Below, piece by piece: positions 47,625 through 55,562 of a stretch of DNA of 64,000 nucleotides. Numbering within the stretch: the stretch's first letter is position 1; each line of letters begins with the position of its first letter. The stretch covers positions 49,006 through 113,005 of the forward strand of contig JBFWOG010000017.1 in NCBI GenBank assembly GCA_050250645.1, written 5' to 3'. The DNA is from Vicinamibacterales bacterium. Its GTDB lineage: Bacteria; Acidobacteriota; Vicinamibacteria; Vicinamibacterales; UBA2999. The notes beneath the pieces are model-generated. The model ran no database searches and was not told where the DNA came from. It worked only from the letters and a program-made list of their open reading frames with translations. A program made the position numbers and the translations under genes.

Positions 47625-49331
47625 GTGCCGGCCCTCAGCGTGGTCATGCCCGTGCGCGACGGCGAGCGGTTCCTGCGCGACGCCATCGACAGCGTCCTCG
47701 CCCAGACCTTCGAGGACTTCGAGTTCCTCATCGTCGACGACGGGTCGACGGACGGGACCGCGGCGATCCTCGACGAGTACGCCGGCCACGATCGCCGGAT
47801 CAAGGTGCTCCGCAACCCGCGCCCGCTCGGCGCCGGCGCGGCGATCAACCGCGGCATCTCGGCGAGCCGCGCGCCGCTCATCGCCCGGATGGATGCGGAC
47901 GACCTCTCGATGCCCACGCGGTTCGCGCGCCAGACGGCCTTCCTCGACGAGCACCCGCACGTCGTGCTGTGCGGCACCGGGATGTGGGCCATCGACGAGC
48001 ACGGCGACGTGATCGGGGTCCACGAGGCGCCGGCCGGTGACGCCTGGCTGCGCGAACAGCTCCGCCATGACAACACGTTCGTCGCCGGCTCGGTGATGCT
48101 GCGCCGCCGCGAGGCCGAGAATGCCGGTCTCTTCTCGCCCGATCCCGCCTACATCTACGCCGAGGACTACGAGTTCTGGGTGCGCCTCGCGGCGCGCCAC
48201 CAGGTGGACAACATCCCCGAGCCGCTCTACAGCTACCGTGTGCACCCGCGGCCCGACGGGCGGGCGCGCGCCGAGGCGCAGGCAGCCTCCGCAGCCCGCA
48301 TCCGGCGGCTCGCCGCCGAGTGGCTCGACGGCAACGGGTACGACCAGCTGTTGCCGCGGCTGCACACGCCGGTGCCACGGGGGCGGATCTTCGTCCAGAT
48401 CGCGAGCTACCGTGACCCGGAGTGCCAGTGGACCATCCGCGACCTCTTCAGGCGCGCGGCCCGTCCCGACGACATCACCGTCGGCGTGTGCTGGCAGTAC
48501 GAGCCACGGTTCGACCAGGGCTGCTTCCGGATTCGCACGCGCCCCGACCAGGTGCGCACTGTCGATGTGCACATGCGCGAGGCGCGCGGCCTCGGGTGGG
48601 CGCGCCACCTGACCGAGCGCCTGTGGCAGGGCGAGGAGTACGTGCTCCAGATCGACGCCCACATGCGGTTCGCCGACCAGTGGGACGACCGGCTGCTCGA
48701 CGAGCTCGCCCAGTGCAACTCGCGCTTCCCGATCCTGACGGTCTATCCATGGGGCTACCGGCCGCCACGGACCCTGCACGAGGGCCCGCCGCTCCGGATG
48801 GCGGCGCTCAAGTTCGGCGACAACGGGCTGCTCGCCTACGTCGGGACGATCCACGGGGATCCGCCGACGCGCCCGGCGCCGCAGGCGTTCTGGGCAGGCG
48901 GCTTCGCCTTCTCACGCGCCGACGTCCTCAGGGAGGTGCCGCAGGATCCCTACCTGTTCTTCAACGAGACGGAGATGACACACGCGGCGCGCCTCTGGAC
49001 GCACGGCTGGGACCTGTTCGCGCCGGCCCAGAACCTGATCTGGCACTGCTACGGGCCGGACAAGCAGGTCACGCACGCGCCCTGGAGCGACGACCGCCGC
49101 TGGATCACGGCCGCCACGCGGGCGCAGCAGCGCACGTTCCACCTGCTGCAGGTCACGCCGACGAACGAACCGGCCGCCCTTCGCGAGCTCCCGCGTTATG
49201 GGCTCGGCCGGGACCGGACACTCGCGCAGTACCAGGAGTTCGCCGGCGTGGACTTCGCGGCGCGGACCATCACCGACGATGCGCGCAACGGCTATGTCAG
49301 GTCGGCCGCCGCGCGTCCACGGATGAGCTGA
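47625..49331 (+). CDS. Fused glycosyltransferase: N-terminal GT2 plus C-terminal Gnt1/GT60-like GlcNAc-transferase
   Basis: GT2: SVVMPV, IVDDGSTD, ARMDADD, EDYEFW. GT60: IFVQIASYRDPEC, YVLQIDAHMRF, FWAGGFAFS, VPQDPYLFF, ARLWTHGWD, YGLG..RTL..Y..FAGVDF. Confidence 0.9.
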   Translation: MPALSVVMPVRDGERFLRDAIDSVLAQTFEDFEFLIVDDGSTDGTAAILDEYAGHDRRIKVLRNPRPLGAGAAINRGISASRAPLIARMDADDLSMPTRFARQTAFLDEHPHVVLCGTGMWAIDEHGDVIGVHEAPAGDAWLREQLRHDNTFVAGSVMLRRREAENAGLFSPDPAYIYAEDYEFWVRLAARHQVDNIPEPLYSYRVHPRPDGRARAEAQAASAARIRRLAAEWLDGNGYDQLLPRLHTPVPRGRIFVQIASYRDPECQWTIRDLFRRAARPDDITVGVCWQYEPRFDQGCFRIRTRPDQVRTVDVHMREARGLGWARHLTERLWQGEEYVLQIDAHMRFADQWDDRLLDELAQCNSRFPILTVYPWGYRPPRTLHEGPPLRMAALKFGDNGLLAYVGTIHGDPPTRPAPQAFWAGGFAFSRADVLREVPQDPYLFFNETEMTHAARLWTHGWDLFAPAQNLIWHCYGPDKQVTHAPWSDDRRWITAATRAQQRTFHLLQVTPTNEPAALRELPRYGLGRDRTLAQYQEFAGVDFAARTITDDARNGYVRSAAARPRMS

Positions 49332-49413
49332 CGACGCTGTATCATTTTGGCTTGCGTCTCCGTCGCGGCGATCGATAATGTGTGGCGTTCGCGACACGCC
49401 ACGGAGCCCCCTC

Positions 49414-50631
49414 ATGGCAGAGTCACGCCCTTCGTCCTCCCCGAACCCCGCCCTCGACGCGCTGCTGGCGCGCGTGGACCTGACCCGCCGCAGCTTCCTC
49501 GGGCGGCTCCTCGCCACGGGGGCGATGGCCGGCCCCGCCGTGGCCTCGCTTGCGATGCCTGCGGCCGCGCAGGCCTTCGGCGGCCAGGCCACGACGGCGC
49601 CGCCGCCATTCATCACGACCACCACCCCGTTCCCGACCACGGGCGTGCCCGGCACGCCGTTGCCGACGACGGCGCTGACCCTGCCGCCGTCCACGACGCC
49701 CTTCCCGACCACGACGACCACCCCGTTCCCGACGACGGTCTTCTCGACGACGCCGGTGCTGACGACGGGCGTGACGCTGCCGCCGTCCACGACGTTCGCG
49801 ACGACGCCGCCGCCGACGACCACGACGACGACGTTCGCCACGACGACGCCGCCGCCGACCACGACGTTTGCCACGACGCCGCCGGCAACCACACCACCGC
49901 CGGCCACGAGCGCCGTGCTCGGCGTGCAGGCCGACACCTTCATCCGGGAAGACGAGCCGAACACCAACGAGGGCGCCAACCCGGTGCTCCGCGTCGGCGT
50001 GGGACCGGTCAGCCGTGGGCTGGTGCAGTTCGATCGCCTGGCGCTCCTCAGCGAACTGCAGACCCACGCGCTCGCCAGCGCCGTCCTCGTCGTCACCATC
50101 GCCAACAACCACAACACGTGGGGCCAGGACGAGAACCGGGGCGTCGACGCGTTTCCGCTCGACGTGGAATTCGTCGAGGGCAACGGCGCGCAGGCGACGC
50201 TGCCCGCGGCTGACGAGCAGCGCGCGTTCGGTCCCGGCGCCACGTGGAACTCACCGGCCGACCCCGACTGCCAGGACGACAGGATCGGGCGTCACGCGCC
50301 GCGCTGGCGGCGGGGTGACGTCGGCCGCGCGACCGCGCCCACGGCCGTCCACACGAATCACCTCGACGGCGAGGTCTCCTGGGACGTCACCGCCGACGTC
50401 ATCGCGGGGGCCAGCGGCTGGATGCTCGGGGTCGACGCCGAACGATACGGCCGGGGCGACCATGGCGACGACCACGGGCGGGGCCGCCGGGATCAGGACG
50501 ACCACGGCCGGCGGCGCCGGGCTCCGGGACGCGAGGACTTCGCGGGTGTCGTGGAGTACTACTCGCGCGAGGGCGCGACCGAGGCCGGCAACATCATGTT
50601 GGCGGCCCGGCTCATCCTGACCTACGCCTGA
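49414..50631 (+). CDS. Tat-leader protein with Thr/Pro mucin-like stalk and DNRLRE/CBM96-like C-terminal domain
   Basis: TRRSFL..AAAQA; about 47 Thr in ~107 aa; ADTFIR..PNTNEG..LRV..SRGLVQFD, ATWN, WDVTADV, YSRE..RLILTY. Confidence 0.85.
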   Translation: MAESRPSSSPNPALDALLARVDLTRRSFLGRLLATGAMAGPAVASLAMPAAAQAFGGQATTAPPPFITTTTPFPTTGVPGTPLPTTALTLPPSTTPFPTTTTTPFPTTVFSTTPVLTTGVTLPPSTTFATTPPPTTTTTTFATTTPPPTTTFATTPPATTPPPATSAVLGVQADTFIREDEPNTNEGANPVLRVGVGPVSRGLVQFDRLALLSELQTHALASAVLVVTIANNHNTWGQDENRGVDAFPLDVEFVEGNGAQATLPAADEQRAFGPGATWNSPADPDCQDDRIGRHAPRWRRGDVGRATAPTAVHTNHLDGEVSWDVTADVIAGASGWMLGVDAERYGRGDHGDDHGRGRRDQDDHGRRRRAPGREDFAGVVEYYSREGATEAGNIMLAARLILTYA

Positions 50632-50633
50632 TC

Positions 50634-51752
50634 GTGCCGGCCAGGCCCGCCATCGCCGTCATCCTGACGGGTGACGTCCCGGCGGCGGGCCGCCGCCGCT
50701 GCCGCGCCGCCTTCGGCCGACAGTCGGTCCCTGCCGCCCGCATCGAACTGCTGGACGCGGCCGGCGCCGGGCCAATCGGGCGCCGGCGCAACCGCGCCGT
50801 CGCGGCCGCCCGCGCGCCATTCCTGCTCTTCTGGGACTACGCCTGGCATCCCCTGCCGGGCCTGATCGCCTACTGCCTCGACCAGCATGCCCGGCACGAC
50901 GCGGCCGGCGACGCCGTGCTCGTGCACGCCGAACCGGGGATCGGGGCACGACACTCGCCCATCGCGCGGTGGTGGCAGCACCTCGGCGGCTGGCCGGCCC
51001 GACCCGCGACCGACGGGGTCTATGCCTGGCCCCACTTCCGGGCGCCCGGCCTCTCCGTGCGGGCGGAACTCTTCGAGCGCGCGCGCTTCGACGATGACTT
51101 CGCGGCCGGGGACGACGCGGAGCTGGCCGCACGACTGTCGTCACGCCTGCCGCTTTGTGTCTGGTTCGAGCGCTTTGCCCTCGCGACGATCGAGGACGTG
51201 CCGTCAATCGAGGCGGTGGTCGCCGCGGCGTGGCAGGACGGGTACTTCCGGCGGCTGCGGTGGGCGCGCACGCCGGCGCTGCGCGACGTCGCCGACCTCC
51301 AGGCCGTGCACGCCGAACCGCAGCGCTTCGAGCGGCCGGCCGCGCAGGCGCCAGCGATGTGGGCGACGGTGCGCGGACTCGAGGCGAGCTTCGAGGGCGT
51401 GGACCTGAGCTTCAGGGACAAGGACCAGACGGATCGGTTGCAGGTGCTCTTCGAGGCCTGCGAAATCCTCGTCAACGCCGCGATCGCGGACGGCCACCGC
51501 GCGGCGCTGGCCGGCGAGCCACCGGCCGTGCCGCCGGCGCCTTCGCTCGCCTCGCCGCCGCCGGCGCGGCAGTCTTCGTCTTCGTCGTCGCGGCAGGCTT
51601 CGTCGTCGGCGGCTTCGCGGCCGGCGCCGTCCGCGTCGCGCTCCGGGACCTCGCGTGCGGCGGCCTCGAAACCGGGGCCTTCGCCTTCGGGGCCTTCCGG
51701 CTCCCGCGCGCGGGGCGTGGCGGTGACGCGGCGACGGCGCCCGCCTCGCTGA
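50634..51752 (+). CDS. Divergent GT2-like glycosyltransferase (DxD motif degenerate)
   Basis: RQSVPAARIEL, RRNRAVAAARAPFLLFWD, LSVRAELF..RFDDDF..GDD.ELAARL; tail overlaps the convergent gene. Confidence 0.7.
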   Translation: MPARPAIAVILTGDVPAAGRRRCRAAFGRQSVPAARIELLDAAGAGPIGRRRNRAVAAARAPFLLFWDYAWHPLPGLIAYCLDQHARHDAAGDAVLVHAEPGIGARHSPIARWWQHLGGWPARPATDGVYAWPHFRAPGLSVRAELFERARFDDDFAAGDDAELAARLSSRLPLCVWFERFALATIEDVPSIEAVVAAAWQDGYFRRLRWARTPALRDVADLQAVHAEPQRFERPAAQAPAMWATVRGLEASFEGVDLSFRDKDQTDRLQVLFEACEILVNAAIADGHRAALAGEPPAVPPAPSLASPPPARQSSSSSSRQASSSAASRPAPSASRSGTSRAAASKPGPSPSGPSGSRARGVAVTRRRRPPR

Positions 51753-51996
51753 CGACGAGCCCCATCCCGACCAGTTCGTCGAGCGTCTTCACGAGGTCGG
51801 CCACTGCGACATTCGTGGCGCTCGCCACGCCGGCTGCCAGTTCCTCGGTGGTGGCCTCCCCCTGGCAGAGCTCGAGCAGCAACGCCGCCAACGGGTTGAG
51901 GTGGTGCAGCGTCCCCGTCGCCGCCCGCCGCACGACGTACCCATTGGGGACGGGGTGAATCTGGAGATCGTCCGCGCGCCGCAGTCGTGCCGCCAT
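51472..51996 (-). CDS. PqqD-family (RiPP recognition element) protein with Lys/Ala/Pro-rich tail
   Basis: V.NGYVV....GTLHHLNPLAALLLELCQG..T.EELA....LDEL...GLV; TATAAT 8 nt upstream of ATG. Confidence 0.82.
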   Translation of the reverse strand: MAARLRRADDLQIHPVPNGYVVRRAATGTLHHLNPLAALLLELCQGEATTEELAAGVASATNVAVADLVKTLDELVGMGLVVSEAGAVAASPPRPARGSRKAPKAKAPVSRPPHARSRSATRTAPAAKPPTTKPAATTKTKTAAPAAARRAKAPAARPVARRPAPRGGRPRSRR

Positions 51997-52028
51997 GGAC
52001 GCCGATTATAGGGGCACCCCACGACGGC

Positions 52029-52049
52029 ATCCGCGGATGGGCGCGGAGG
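52029..52049 (+). repeat. ATCCGCGGATG-type repeat copy
   Basis: ATCCGCGGATGGGCGCGGAGG vs ATCCGCGGATGGACGCAGAGG at 55150. Confidence 0.7.
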
Positions 52050-52133
52050 TCTCTTCCCCGGTCGTCCCGACAGCCGTCCCCGCCGATCCCGCTCCCGCGC
52101 AAACGAGGCCCGCCGGTGTGCCCTGTCGGTGAT

Positions 52134-52145
52134 ATTGTTAACAAT
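52134..52145. promoter_or_regulatory. Perfect palindrome ATTGTTAACAAT upstream of PadR
   Basis: AT-rich island 25 nt before the start codon. Confidence 0.55.
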
Positions 52146-52170
52146 GTTACTTATACAAGCGAGCCCTTCC

Positions 52171-52503
52171 ATGGCGACCAGCAACCTTGGCGAGTTCGAA
52201 CAGCTCGTGCTCCTCGCCTGCCTCAGGCTCGGCGAGGACGAGGCCTATGCCGTGTCCATCGTCGATGAGATTCGCGAACGGACGGGGCGCGACGTCCAGC
52301 GCGCCGCGGTGTACGTCACCCTGCAGCGGCTCGAGGCCAAGCGCCTCGTCTCGACCCGGCTGGGCGACGCGCGGCCCGAGCGTGGAGGCAAGGCGCGGCG
52401 TCTCGTGAGGGTCGAACCGGCGGGGCGGGCCGCGACCCGCGAGTCGCGGCAGGCGCTCCAGCGCATGTGGGTTGGCCTCGACGCGCGGCTGGAGGAGCGA
52501 TGA
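52171..52503 (+). CDS. PadR family transcriptional regulator
   Basis: LGEFEQLVLLACL..AVYVTLQRLEAKRLV..ERGGKARR. Confidence 0.93.
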   Translation: MATSNLGEFEQLVLLACLRLGEDEAYAVSIVDEIRERTGRDVQRAAVYVTLQRLEAKRLVSTRLGDARPERGGKARRLVRVEPAGRAATRESRQALQRMWVGLDARLEER

Positions 52504-55127
52504 ACACGCCCCGTCCGGCCCGCTGGCTGCTGCGCCTGCTCGTCCAGGCCGATCGCCTCGACGATGTGCTCGGCGATCTCGAGGAGGTGCACGCGCGACG
52601 GCGGCGCGGCGGACCGGCGCTGGCCTGGGCGGCGACGGTCGCCGAGGCCGGCGTCGTCGGGGGCGCGCTGCTGTGGATTCGTCTCCGATCGGCGGCATGG
52701 CCCGACCTGCGGCACGCCGTCGCGGCGACAGACGTCCGGCTCGCGCTGCGCCTCATGCGCCGCCAGCCGATCGTCACCCTCACGGCCGGCGTCGCCCTCG
52801 CGCTCGGCATCGGCCTGGCGACGGTCGGCTTCGGCTTCGCCGAGGCGCTCCTCGACAGCCGGCTGCCCTTCGAGGGCGGCGACCGCTTCGTGCGGATCGA
52901 CGTGGTGCAGGAGCCGGAGCACACTCCGGCCCGGCTGAGGCCGGACGACTACCAGGTACTGGCCACGGGAACGCCGCTCCTCGAGCACCTCGGGGCGCTC
53001 AGCATGAGCCATGCGTACGCCACCCTGCCGTCGGGCGCCACCGACATCGTCACCACCGCCGGCCTCACGCCGTCGTCGCTGCGCCTGCTGCCGTACGCGC
53101 CGCTCCGGGGCCGGCTGTTCGTGCCGGCCGACGGCCGGGCCGGGGCCGAGCCTGTCGTCATGCTCCGCGAGGCGTACTGGCGGCGGGCACTCGGCGCGGC
53201 AGACGACGTCGTCGGCGCGACCATCGAGGTCGGCGGCGTCTCGCGCACGATCGTCGGCGTCGCGCCCGACCAGTTCGAGTTCCCCAACACCCCGGACCTC
53301 TGGACGCCGATCGACGAGGGCTTCCTGACGGGGCGCGCGGAGCCCGTCGACGGCGCGCGCCTGTTCGGGGTCCTGGCGCCGGGCCGGTCGCTGGCGTCGG
53401 CACGCGAGGCCGTCGCGACGCTGTCGGCGCGGCTGGCTCCCGCGCCAGGCGCGACCGGGCCGCTCCGGGTGGAACTCGTGGGCTTCACCGACGTCGGCCC
53501 CCAGGGCGTCCCCCTGGCGCTCGCCGCCCTCGCGGCCGTGCTGGCCGTGCTCGTGGTGGTGGCCGCCAACGTGGGCAACCTGGTTCTCGCGCGGTCGTTC
53601 ACGCGGACGCGTGAGCTGGCGCTGCGCGCGGCCCTCGGCGCGTCGCGGGAGCGGCTCGTCTGCCAGATCAGCCTCGAGGTGCTCGTGATCGGCGCCGTGG
53701 CGGCCGTCGTCGGCAGCGCCGCCGCGCAGGCCGTGCTTCGACAGTTCAACGCGATCGACGAGATCCCCTTCTGGGTGGACTTCAGCGGCGGGCCGCGGAC
53801 GCCGTTCCTCGTCGCCGGCGCGACGCTGCTGGCCACGGCCGTCGCAGGCGCCTGGCCGGCGCTCAAGGCGACGCGACGCGACCTGGTGGGCGCGATGCAG
53901 GGCGGCGACGGGCGCACGAGCGACGTGCGCTTCGGCCGGGTCGCCGGCGCGATGGTGGTGACGCAAATCGCGGTGTCGGTGGTGATGTTGCACGGCGCGA
54001 TCGTCGTGGCACAGGGGTTCGCGGCGTACGCCGGCGCCGAACTGGGCCTGCCACGCGACGTGCTGACGGCCGGGCTGAGCCTCGAGGGCCACCGGGACGA
54101 AGACACCGGGCACGCGCCGTCACCTGGAATTCGCGCCATCGAGGAAATCGCGCGGGTGCAGCCGGGCGTGCGGGCGGCGGGAATCACGACCGCCCTGCCG
54201 CGGCACAGCCCGCCTGCGCGCCTCGTCGAGGTGGAAACGGCCGCTGGCGAGGCGCCTCACGCGCCCATGGCGGCGCCGGCCGCGGCGGTCACCGCCGGCT
54301 ACTTCGCCGCCCTCGACACGGCGCCGCTCGGCGGGCGCCTCTTCGACGACGCGGACTACGCGGAGGGGGCGGCAGCCGTCGCAGTGGTCAATGCGCCCTT
54401 CGTGCGGCGGTTCCTCGCCGGTGGCTCACCGATCGGCCGCCGCTTCCGGACCGTCGACGGCGCGGCCCCGGGGCCCTGGCTGTCCATCGTCGGGGTCGTG
54501 CCGGATCTGGGCTTGAGCGTGGGCGACCCGGCGCTGGCGGCCGGCTACTACACCCCGCTGGACCTTGCGGGGGACGGCGAGGGACGGTTCGTGTACCTCG
54601 CGGTCCGCACCGACGGGGACCCGCTGCCGCTGGCGATGCCGCTCGGCCGCGCGCTGAACGAGAGGGATCCCGCCCTGGTGCTGAACCGGCCGGAGCGCCT
54701 GGAGGATGTCGGCAGCGAGGACCGGACGTTCTTCGTGTGGTTCTCGACAGCGCTCGTCGGCCTCGGGCTCGCGACGCTGGTACTGGCGCTGGCTGGCGTC
54801 TACGCCATGATGGCGCTCATCGTGGCGCGCCGCACGCGGGAGATCGGCATCCGCGTGGCGCTCGGCGCGCCGGGGTCCCGCATCGTCGCCACGATCGTCG
54901 GGCGGGCGGCCGCGCAGGTGGCGCTCGGCGGCGGTGTGGGCGCCATGCTGGCCGTGGCCTCGCTCGCCGGGCGCGGGCAGCTGGTGATGTCCAGGCTGGG
55001 CGACGGCGGCCGGTGGACGCTGCCGCTCGTGCTCGGCCTCCTGGTCGCGGCGGGCCTCGCGGCGACGTGGGTGCCCCTGCGGCGGGCCCTGGGTGTCCAG
55101 CCGGCCGAGGCCCTGCGGGCCGAATAG
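52500..55127 (+). CDS. ADOP-family duplicated ABC transporter permease
   Basis: ATGA overlap; ALALGIGL, AANVGNLVLARS..RELALRAALGASR, GVYAMMALIVARRTREIGIRVALGA, ends QPAEALRAE. Confidence 0.92.
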   Translation: MNTPRPARWLLRLLVQADRLDDVLGDLEEVHARRRRGGPALAWAATVAEAGVVGGALLWIRLRSAAWPDLRHAVAATDVRLALRLMRRQPIVTLTAGVALALGIGLATVGFGFAEALLDSRLPFEGGDRFVRIDVVQEPEHTPARLRPDDYQVLATGTPLLEHLGALSMSHAYATLPSGATDIVTTAGLTPSSLRLLPYAPLRGRLFVPADGRAGAEPVVMLREAYWRRALGAADDVVGATIEVGGVSRTIVGVAPDQFEFPNTPDLWTPIDEGFLTGRAEPVDGARLFGVLAPGRSLASAREAVATLSARLAPAPGATGPLRVELVGFTDVGPQGVPLALAALAAVLAVLVVVAANVGNLVLARSFTRTRELALRAALGASRERLVCQISLEVLVIGAVAAVVGSAAAQAVLRQFNAIDEIPFWVDFSGGPRTPFLVAGATLLATAVAGAWPALKATRRDLVGAMQGGDGRTSDVRFGRVAGAMVVTQIAVSVVMLHGAIVVAQGFAAYAGAELGLPRDVLTAGLSLEGHRDEDTGHAPSPGIRAIEEIARVQPGVRAAGITTALPRHSPPARLVEVETAAGEAPHAPMAAPAAAVTAGYFAALDTAPLGGRLFDDADYAEGAAAVAVVNAPFVRRFLAGGSPIGRRFRTVDGAAPGPWLSIVGVVPDLGLSVGDPALAAGYYTPLDLAGDGEGRFVYLAVRTDGDPLPLAMPLGRALNERDPALVLNRPERLEDVGSEDRTFFVWFSTALVGLGLATLVLALAGVYAMMALIVARRTREIGIRVALGAPGSRIVATIVGRAAAQVALGGGVGAMLAVASLAGRGQLVMSRLGDGGRWTLPLVLGLLVAAGLAATWVPLRRALGVQPAEALRAE

Positions 55128-55149
55128 CCCGCCGGCCACCGGAACAACG

Positions 55150-55394
55150 ATCCGCGGATGGACGCAGAGGCACGCGGATGGGGGCCCGGGGCACTCCCCT
55201 TGCCAGCGTGACGGAAGCGACGGCGGGGGCGCGCCGCCACGCGGCGCGCGGCGCGAGGACGGGTGGGCGCGACACAAGGCCCCGTGTCGAGGAGTTGGGG
55301 GCCTTGTGTCCGCGCCCACCCGTCCTCGCGGACGGCACCCTCCGGGTGCCGCCGCCGTCGCCTCCGCGTCCCTCCGCGTTCATCCGCGGATGAA
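55150..55394. repeat. Inverted pair of (A)CGCGGATG/CGCAGAGG arrays with internal hairpin
   Basis: ATCCGCGGATGGACGCAGAGGCACGCGGATG ... CCTCCGCGTCCCTCCGCGTTCATCCGCGGATGAA; GACACAAGGCCC/GGGCCTTGTGTC hairpin about 55272-55310. Confidence 0.8.
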
Positions 55395-55562
55395 GTTCTT
55401 CCGTGCTCTTCCTGGTCCCTCTACGCCAGCTCAGCCGCCCACCCGGCGCACGGCATCAATCTCCAAATTGAATCGGCGGATCCGCGGGTCTGCGCCTACA
55501 ATCGGCCCGTTGTGGCCGGCGCGCGCCGGGCAGTGCCGTCAGTCTTCCCGGAGGGCCTCTCC

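Noticed and set aside
51472-51996. PQQ biosynthesis or classical short RiPP cluster
   Set aside because: No pqqA/B/C/E, SPASM radical SAM or lasso cyclase adjacent; the B12 radical SAM is 8 kb away in another context
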